DNA of 39,592 bases, from NCBI GenBank assembly GCA_947254895.1, contig CAMYEY010000002.1, positions 1 through 39,592 on the forward strand. Reading direction: 5' to 3'. Positions 9,311 through 15,249 of the stretch are shown here, piece by piece. Under the pieces are notes generated by a model. That model saw only the letters and a program-made list of their open reading frames with translations. It searched no databases and was not told the DNA's origin. Each line of letters opens with the position of its first letter. The first letter of the stretch is position 1. The position numbers and the translations under genes are program-made. The DNA is from an uncultured Clostridia bacterium. Its GTDB lineage: Bacteria > Bacillota > Clostridia > Saccharofermentanales > DTU023.

Positions 9311-9840
9311 AAGCTTCAGGGAATTCTAAAAACCTTGATGAAAGATTCATCACCGTATGGATCGGAAGGCAGTAACTTGACAACGGAACATTGAACTCAA
9401 AGTTGGGATTCACGAGACTTTGTATATCTAGGGAAGCGAATGGATTTTCTGTAAAATGAGGAAACTATAGAAGACTATGCCACAGTTCTAAGAACGCAGA
9501 CCCTAATGCATGAGTGTGATAATTGTTAGATTAAATGGATGAGATGAAAATGATTAGAAATATAAGATCCCGGCAATGAGTAAGAAACAACAGTCATTAA
9601 GAAAGTCATAAAAAAGAATGAGAACGTTGCAAACAGTATGGGAAGTTGGAAAAGCTGCAAGTCTGAAATTAAGTTTTAGAGTGGGTTCAACGGATCACTA
9701 GAATGTGCCAAAAGCAGGTCTAAGTGAAGTTGGTAAAAGTAAAGTCTAAGCCTAAATGAGAACTTACTAGCAGATGAAAAAATTCCGTTAATGATGGTCG
9801 GACGTCAAAAAGCCAAAGGTTCGCTGAAGCTTATTTTTAT
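9311..9840 (+). ncRNA. Candidate large non-coding RNA (about 0.53 kb), class not recognised
   Basis: Lies in an ORF-free gap between convergent genes. The predicted TSS is about 9311. The 5' AAGCTTCAG (9311-9319) is perfectly complementary to CTGAAGCTT (9824-9832), with an added GAA/TTC pairing (9321-9323/9820-9822), and ATTTTTATT follows. Local hairpins at 9336-9352 and 9662-9680. Confidence 0.45.
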
Positions 9841-9853
9841 TGTCCCGTCTATA

Positions 9854-10366
9854 TTATGGTTCAAGACAGACTATGTCCCTCAGATTCCGATATTTTTCTT
9901 GATAATCCATGCCGTAGCCAACCAGTCTTGTATAGCCTATTTCAAATCCCCAATATTTTAAAGGTAATTGGATCATCAATTGATCGTGGTTAACGAGTAG
10001 GCTAGCTAATTGGATTGTAGCCGGCTTGAATTTTTCCAGGTGTTCAATCATATAGTGGGTAGTAAGTCCGGAACGGATAATTTCCTCTAAAACAAGGATA
10101 TGCTGGCCAGCGAGGTCAATAGCTACATCCTTTGTGATATGAATCGATTGTGAGCTGGATTGTAGTTTGTTGATAGCTATGAAGTCAAAGTTTACGGGGA
10201 GGTTGATGGAACGGGTTAGATCAGATAAAAAATAAGTTGATCCCTTAAGCATTGCAATGACGCAAAGTGGACCATCAAGCTTTTGATAATCGTGGCTGAT
10301 CTCTCGACCTAAGTCTTCGATCCTTTGTTGGATCTTGCTTTCGCTGAACATCACATTTCCCAACAT
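9854..10366 (-). CDS. Hypoxanthine/guanine phosphoribosyltransferase-family protein, divergent active site
   Basis: Collinear with Bacillus HprT (LKGSxxFxxDL, VGYGMDYxEKYRNL). The start is set at the ATG with AGGAGGA 5 nt upstream (MLGNVMFSES...). The longer ORF to 10462 would overlap the upstream gene. Confidence 0.75.
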   Translation of the reverse strand: MLGNVMFSESKIQQRIEDLGREISHDYQKLDGPLCVIAMLKGSTYFLSDLTRSINLPVNFDFIAINKLQSSSQSIHITKDVAIDLAGQHILVLEEIIRSGLTTHYMIEHLEKFKPATIQLASLLVNHDQLMIQLPLKYWGFEIGYTRLVGYGMDYQEKYRNLRDIVCLEP

Positions 10367-10403
10367 ATATGTCCTCCTGTTAAAAATAACAATTAAACTT
10401 TCT

Positions 10404-11444
10404 CTAACCGTTGAAACGCTCAAGCAAAGATAAAAAGTCCCTCTTGTATATGATTTTGACATTTATTCCGGGGTATAGTTCTTGTAATTTTTCTAGTTTC
10501 TTCTTCTTGGCTGTAACATACTTTTGATTCATTGTGGTTAACTCCAGGTAGATATCAAATTTAGGCAAATAAAAATCTGGGCTGAATGCCATGGTGACAT
10601 TATGAGCATCATCCCATTCAACAGGAAAAAATTTAGGTTCATATCGCCAATCAATCTGGTATAGGTTGAGTAAGCGGGCAAATTCTGATTCAGACTCATT
10701 TTTAAAGTTAGGTAGGTTGCTATTCTGCGTCTGTAAGATTGAGTTTTCAGCCTGCTGCTCAAGTTTTCGCCTGATCCGGTACTCCTCAATGAGGCGGTCA
10801 ACTAGGCTTAGACAATTTTCAAGTGATAATCTGCCTGTGTTTAAAATTAAATGAAAGTCCTCATTTTGAGCTTGTCGTCCATGGAACAGAGTAGAGATTA
10901 GCTTTCGGTATTGTTTATCGATCCTGGTTTGCAGCTCTCTTGCACTCAATTTGGTAATTTCCTGGGGACTGATAAATCTTTCTAGAAAGATGAGTTCGCT
11001 GATTGAATTTATGCTGGTATGAAATTCCTTGTTTTGGCTAAGGTAATGGCGATACATTGTATATTGGGCTTGGGCTTGGGCGACCCTTTGTATTTTTACC
11101 TCGTTCGCTGCTATTGTTTTAATATGGATCGCTCTGGGATTGTTGGCTAAAAACCGGTCTCCTGCACATCCCAGCATGATGGCATCATTGCTTTTACTCC
11201 ACTCCTCCAGGGCTCCTTCAAGGTAAGATTTAAAATCAGTTTGTTCACCTGGGCCAACCGGTTCAAAAAAGAATTTTGTACTGGTTTCTAGCATTTGCCT
11301 TTCATGATCACTCGCTATGGGCTTGAGAAAAAGATCAATCATTTTATCAAAGTCAATCAGAGGATAACCTGTCTTTCTTGACAGGCGTTCAGCAAGTTCA
11401 TCCCCGAAACTAGCAGCTTCACGGGCAACAGTTATAATGGGCAC
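10404..11444 (-). CDS. Cytidylate-kinase-like (Cytidylate_kin2-type) N-domain fused to a PD-(D/E)xK-like C-terminal domain; function unknown
   Basis: The N-terminus IITVAREAASFGDELAERLSRKTGYPLIDFD resembles the cytidylate-kinase-like family. The C-terminus ExxFA...WRYEP...FSPDFYLPKFDIYLELTT follows the restriction-endonuclease-fold pattern (E ... PDF ... ExT). Confidence 0.55.
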   Translation of the reverse strand: MPIITVAREAASFGDELAERLSRKTGYPLIDFDKMIDLFLKPIASDHERQMLETSTKFFFEPVGPGEQTDFKSYLEGALEEWSKSNDAIMLGCAGDRFLANNPRAIHIKTIAANEVKIQRVAQAQAQYTMYRHYLSQNKEFHTSINSISELIFLERFISPQEITKLSARELQTRIDKQYRKLISTLFHGRQAQNEDFHLILNTGRLSLENCLSLVDRLIEEYRIRRKLEQQAENSILQTQNSNLPNFKNESESEFARLLNLYQIDWRYEPKFFPVEWDDAHNVTMAFSPDFYLPKFDIYLELTTMNQKYVTAKKKKLEKLQELYPGINVKIIYKRDFLSLLERFNG

Positions 11445-11488
11445 AAGAACCTCTTTCTTGAATGATTAAGAAATATAAGTTGATTGTA

Positions 11489-12292
11489 TCATTTTTTAAA
11501 TAGATTTTGAATTTTTTTACCGTAGTAGCTAAGTTCTTGCCTAAAACCTTGTTTGAAAGTAGGCCAATCCCACTTAATTGGGAAAAATTGAATTCTATTT
11601 AAGGCATAGGCCTTGATCAGCATAGCGATTTCTTCTGCTTGGACCTGGCGGTTATAATGCATCATAAAGTCTTCTGTACCGGGAGCCGGGTAGTAGAGCC
11701 GATACCAGGCGGCATAGGCATCATCGAGACCACATAGGTGACCAAATTCATGGGCTGCAATGGACTGTAAAGTCTTCTCTTGACTGTATTTGTGGATAAC
11801 AGCGTAGCCGGGCCAATGACGTGACCAGTTGTAGCCTAGACATAGGACTCTGCCATATTTAAAAATTCCCCAAAATCTCCTCAGAAGGCCGCTCGCAACA
11901 TGAGATGGAAGAATTTTACTTTCGCGGATAAAGATGGGGATAGGTCTCTGCTTAAAGCAAAGAAGGCGTTTGAGCCAGGTTAAGCGGGGCGGTACCAGTC
12001 CTGAGTCAGGGTCTAGTTTAAGGATGACGCTGAAGGGCAGATAATCCTCATGTAAGGGAGAGAGCTGGCTATCAGGCGCCAGATTTTCAAAATAGATTCG
12101 GCAAGCCGATATGATTTCTGGAGTAGTGGGATATAGACCGGACCACTTTTCCTCAATGCCACGACATACTAGATCTTTTAAATTTACTTGGTCAATATGG
12201 TGTCTATAGGCACCGGGGTTAAAAGTAAGGTAGGCAGTGAGTTGAAAGCCCCGGTAGGGATCGTATTTAAGATTTAAGGGGATGTGTAGCAT
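11489..12292 (-). CDS. Metzincin-like zinc metalloprotease without a signal peptide
   Basis: HEFGHLCGLDD fits HExxHxxGxxD, followed 20 residues later by a Met-turn-like FMMHY. The N-terminus is not hydrophobic. Confidence 0.6.
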   Translation of the reverse strand: MLHIPLNLKYDPYRGFQLTAYLTFNPGAYRHHIDQVNLKDLVCRGIEEKWSGLYPTTPEIISACRIYFENLAPDSQLSPLHEDYLPFSVILKLDPDSGLVPPRLTWLKRLLCFKQRPIPIFIRESKILPSHVASGLLRRFWGIFKYGRVLCLGYNWSRHWPGYAVIHKYSQEKTLQSIAAHEFGHLCGLDDAYAAWYRLYYPAPGTEDFMMHYNRQVQAEEIAMLIKAYALNRIQFFPIKWDWPTFKQGFRQELSYYGKKIQNLFKK

Positions 12293-12299
12293 TTTAACC

Positions 12300-13091
12300 C
12301 TAGCGGTTTACCAACCAATCTTTAAATTGTTTAAGTTGTCTAGTTCTGGAGGCTTGCTTATACCAGGGAAGGAGGGAGATATCTTGAGGAAAAAAGATAT
12401 GTTGGTGCATAATGTCGACAAAAATAGGATAGAGGTAAGCTGTGCTCTTACCACTTATAAAGTTTACAATACCAGTTCCGGCAGATAGAACCTCCTCTTC
12501 ATTTTTCATATCTGTTATAAGGATCAGGCTATTTTGACTGACCGGCTTTTCCTGATTGTGGAGGTCGATATAACGGGCGCTTTCTGCCAATATATTGTCA
12601 ACGATCAATATGTTGAGTAGTGGACGATAGAGGAGAAAGACCCGGTGGCTTTTGCGCTGTAACTTCCAATTCAAGAATCCTGTTTCTTTCTCGAAGACGA
12701 TCCCTAGCTGTGGTGCAGAAGTTTGTCTGTAACCGGCAGTTTGCAGATATTGGGCCACCTCTTGGACAAGATCTGCCTGGTTATCTGACTGACGAATCAA
12801 CTGCCCGTTCAACTGATATTTTTTTTGCTTCCGGAGCTTTTTTAGGCTATTAGCGCTAGTAGGATCATAGGTTTGTATCACATTGTTTGTGATTAGGCTA
12901 CGGACTGTGCTGGCAAATAGCAGGATATATATTGCTAAACAGAAAAAATAGGCCAACTTTAACCAGTTGATATAACTAAAGTCAGAGATCAGTTGGATTT
13001 TACCGGATAGCCAAAAAAGAGCATATCCTAGGAGAATAAAGACGAAAGTTTGACTGAATACTTTCTTGAATTTCCAATATAGTTTTCTCAT
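12300..13091 (-). CDS. Membrane protein with two N-terminal TM helices and a roughly 190-aa soluble domain; function unknown
   Basis: Hydrophobic segments FVFILLGYALFWL and LAYFFCLAIYILLFA. GGGAG Shine-Dalgarno upstream. A 7-nt gap to the next gene indicates an operon. Confidence 0.6.
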   Translation of the reverse strand: MRKLYWKFKKVFSQTFVFILLGYALFWLSGKIQLISDFSYINWLKLAYFFCLAIYILLFASTVRSLITNNVIQTYDPTSANSLKKLRKQKKYQLNGQLIRQSDNQADLVQEVAQYLQTAGYRQTSAPQLGIVFEKETGFLNWKLQRKSHRVFLLYRPLLNILIVDNILAESARYIDLHNQEKPVSQNSLILITDMKNEEEVLSAGTGIVNFISGKSTAYLYPIFVDIMHQHIFFPQDISLLPWYKQASRTRQLKQFKDWLVNR

Positions 13092-13126
13092 GTTCCACTT
13101 ATCTCCCTTAGTCTATCACGGCTGAC

Positions 13127-13135
13127 ATTGTAACA
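13127..13135 (-). promoter_or_regulatory. Extended -10 element TGTTACAAT (read on the - strand) for the four-gene operon
   Basis: The + strand reads ATTGTAACA at 13127-13135, about 40 nt upstream of the 13091 start. The same 9-mer occurs at both XRE promoters. Confidence 0.4.
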
Positions 13136-13199
13136 TGTAAAATTCATCAGGAAAACCGGTTTGGCCTTTTTGAGAAAGCTCTTTACCATTAACTGGATG

Positions 13200-13208
13200 T
13201 GTTACAAT
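13200..13208 (+). promoter_or_regulatory. Extended -10 element TGTTACAAT upstream of the first XRE gene
   Basis: TG-T-TACAAT at 13200-13208, 52 nt upstream of the ATG at 13260. Embedded in the short inverted repeat GTGT...ACAC. Confidence 0.45.
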
Positions 13209-13259
13209 AAGACACAGTGCCTTAAAGCTACATAACTCTCACATAGATAAGGAAGAAAA

Positions 13260-13538
13260 ATGGGAAATTTTGCAGAAAATTTAAAGCGACTTCGAAAATC
13301 CAGTAAGCTCACCCAGGGACAACTGGCTCAACAAATAAATTGCTCAAGGTCTCTCATATCCCTGTATGAGACAGGCCAACGTTTACCTAGCTTTATGGTT
13401 CTAGCTAAACTTAGCAAGATTTTCAAAACTAGTGTGGATGAGTTGATCGGCAATATGCCTGTTGAAGCTGATAACCAGGTTGATCTAAGTTCCGGTGAAC
13501 TGCTTGAGGTTGCGGAGACAGGAAAAGATTTTGATTGA
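13260..13538 (+). CDS. XRE-family helix-turn-helix transcriptional regulator
   Basis: NLKRLRKSSKLTQGQLAQQINCSRSLISLYETGQRLP is a canonical HTH_3/Cro-C1 motif. Confidence 0.8.
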   Translation: MGNFAENLKRLRKSSKLTQGQLAQQINCSRSLISLYETGQRLPSFMVLAKLSKIFKTSVDELIGNMPVEADNQVDLSSGELLEVAETGKDFD

Positions 13539-13628
13539 TCCTTGAAGTTTAACTATTGATCAGAGGATAAATCCATTCGGATATTTAAGACGCAAACAAC
13601 TCCTAGTGTTAGTGGATCTTACAATAAT

Positions 13629-13647
13629 ATGTTACAATAAGTAACAT
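13629..13647 (+). promoter_or_regulatory. Perfect inverted repeat ATGTTAC-AATAA-GTAACAT overlapping an extended -10 TGTTACAAT (probable operator plus promoter)
   Basis: 7-bp arms with a 5-bp spacer. Preceded by a direct copy of TTACAATAA at 13619-13627. Confidence 0.5.
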
Positions 13648-13688
13648 ATAGAGCGTTTTCAAAGTAAGTGAGAGGTGAGGGGTTTGCC

Positions 13689-13889
13689 GTGAGACAATGG
13701 TTAAGAGACAGACGACTAGCAGAGCAACTGACCCAAGAAGAGGTGGCCAAGCATCTTGGTCTAGCCCGGGCCTACTATACCCAGATAGAACTTGGAAATC
13801 GACGGCCCTCGCCTGAAGTGGCTCAAGCCTTAGGCCGGCTACTTCATTTTAGTTGGACAATATTCTTCGATGAAAAAGAGGACTGCTAG
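13689..13889 (+). CDS. Small XRE-family helix-turn-helix regulator
   Basis: LTQEEVAKHLGLARAYYTQIELGNRRPS HTH motif. GTG 13689 is preferred because GAGGTGAGGGG ends 6 nt upstream. The ORF track start at 13668 has no Shine-Dalgarno. Confidence 0.7.
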   Translation: MRQWLRDRRLAEQLTQEEVAKHLGLARAYYTQIELGNRRPSPEVAQALGRLLHFSWTIFFDEKEDC

Positions 13890-14016
13890 GATGGTTATTG
13901 GGTGAGTGCTCTTTAGAGTCTTAGGGGTAGGGCGATAGATCCTTTCCTAGCTTGAAAATCAAACTATAAAAATTCACAATTGTTCATTTTTAGTTCGCAC
14001 ATTAATAGAGGCAAAG

Positions 14017-14056
14017 TGTATAATGTAATCAAGATCAAAGAAAGTCAAAGTCAAAG
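14017..14056 (+). promoter_or_regulatory. ctsR operon promoter (-10 TATAAT at 14019-14024) with a CtsR operator direct repeat
   Basis: GATCAAA-gaa-AGTCAAA (14033-14049) plus a third GTCAAAG. It matches the (A/G)GTCAAA-NAN-(A/G)GTCAAA CtsR box with one mismatch and lies just downstream of the -10. Confidence 0.7.
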
Positions 14057-14131
14057 ACAGAGAAGGTCAGACATTGGTTCTAAAAAGCTTTATTGAGACT
14101 TTGCAGGAAAAAGAAGGGAGAAAATTAAGCA

Positions 14132-14611
14132 ATGTCAAATCTTAGTGATACTATCGAATATCTATTAAAGCAAATGCTTGCGGATAACGAGGGTAGAATT
14201 GAATTTACTCGCAATGACTTGGCAGAAAGATTGAATTGTGTTCCCTCACAGATCAGTTATGTTCTTCAGACCCGGTTTACCAATGGTATGGGTTACATAA
14301 AAGAGAGCCGTAGAGGAGGCGGTGGTTCAATCAGAATTTACCAGGTGAATTTTGATTCTCCCCAAGAGCACTTGGTCCATCAAATACAATCCCTGCCTGA
14401 GAGTTTAAGTCAGCAGGAATCAAATTTGATCATCGATAACCTTAACCAGCAAAAGGCAATTACTGAGACCTATTCTCAAATTGCCAAGGCTGCGGTTTCT
14501 GAGCAAGCCCTGGTGGATGTACCGGTGGCTGAAGTTGGCAGAGTAAGATCGGCTATCTTGAGTAATGTTTTACTGACAATATTAAGGTTAGAGGGAAGGA
14601 GTGAGGAATAA
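14132..14611 (+). CDS. ctsR: CtsR, class III stress-gene repressor
   Basis: ISYVLQTRFTNGMGYIKESRRGGGGSIRI is the CtsR signature, including the arginine/glycine loop. Confidence 0.9.
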   Translation: MSNLSDTIEYLLKQMLADNEGRIEFTRNDLAERLNCVPSQISYVLQTRFTNGMGYIKESRRGGGGSIRIYQVNFDSPQEHLVHQIQSLPESLSQQESNLIIDNLNQQKAITETYSQIAKAAVSEQALVDVPVAEVGRVRSAILSNVLLTILRLEGRSEE

Positions 14612-14612
14612 G

Positions 14613-15248
14613 ATGTTATGTGATAAATGTAAAAAGAACGAGGCAACTGTAAGCATTAGGACAAATATTAACGGAGTTACCAAACAACAAAAGCTCTGTC
14701 GAGATTGCGCACAAGAGGAGGGAGTGTTTGAGTCTGCTTTTGATACTTTACCAATTCCTAATTATGTAGGCCAATCAGCTTTTTCCCTACCCTTTAGCCT
14801 AGCCAAGGTTTTTGGGCAGTTGGACCCGGGTCAGATGACCAAGACCATATCTTTTGATGTCTGCCCTGATTGTGGACGAAGTATAGCTAATTTTCAAGAA
14901 GACGGTCTTTTTGGCTGTCCGACATGTTATTCACATTTTAGAAATTGGATTGAACCTATGCTTGATGAAATTCAAGGTGGTCATATCCAGTTAGAGGTTG
15001 TAGGAGGAGATGGAAGTCGAGGCATAGACCTGGATACTTCCATAAGTGCAGAAGAATCAGGTAAGTCTGAACCGTTAGAAAACAGCCCGTTATCTACCTT
15101 GCAGGTTAAGCTGAAAGACTTGGTTCAGCAAGAAAAGTATGAAGAAGCGGCCCTGGTTCGGGACCAAATCAAGGCAATTAAAGAGGATGAACAGGCCAGA
15201 GACGGTGGGATAAAACCCAATGGTCAGGCCCAAGATGAGGGGGAATAA
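14613..15248 (+). CDS. mcsA: McsA, protein-arginine kinase activator (zinc fingers plus UVR domain)
   Basis: CDKC...CRDC and CPDC...CPTC motifs and a UVR-like segment (QQEKYEEAALVRDQIKAIK). ATG 14613 follows GGAAGGAG. Confidence 0.85.
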   Translation: MLCDKCKKNEATVSIRTNINGVTKQQKLCRDCAQEEGVFESAFDTLPIPNYVGQSAFSLPFSLAKVFGQLDPGQMTKTISFDVCPDCGRSIANFQEDGLFGCPTCYSHFRNWIEPMLDEIQGGHIQLEVVGGDGSRGIDLDTSISAEESGKSEPLENSPLSTLQVKLKDLVQQEKYEEAALVRDQIKAIKEDEQARDGGIKPNGQAQDEGE

Positions 15249-15249
15249 G

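Noticed and set aside
9618-9701. Small ORFs inside the candidate ncRNA: a 27-codon ORF (MRTLQTVWEVGKAASLKLSFRVGSTDH) and several ATGAG-initiated ORFs of 2-11 codons.
   Set aside because: No Shine-Dalgarno precedes any of them, and there is no recognisable peptide family. The recurrent ATGAG looks like a repeated RNA motif rather than start codons. Ribosome profiling could revisit this.
9311-9832. The idea that the RNA is a CsrB/RsmZ-like CsrA sponge, because I counted about 13 GGA motifs.
   Set aside because: Given the A/G-rich composition, I estimate roughly ten GGA triplets are expected by chance in 520 nt. Most are not presented in hairpin loops.
9190-9853. A riboswitch, T-box or leader interpretation, or a tRNA-like element (GGGTTCAACGG at 9683-9693).
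   Set aside because: No + strand gene lies downstream. There is no T-box or specifier features. The T-loop-like string lacks a complementary T-stem and any acceptor or anticodon arms.
10367-10462. N-terminal extension of the hpt-like ORF (listed as 9854-10462).
   Set aside because: The extension overlaps the 3' end of the upstream gene and has no homology to Hpt. An internal ATG at 10366 has a perfect AGGAGGA Shine-Dalgarno, and Hpt homology begins right after it.
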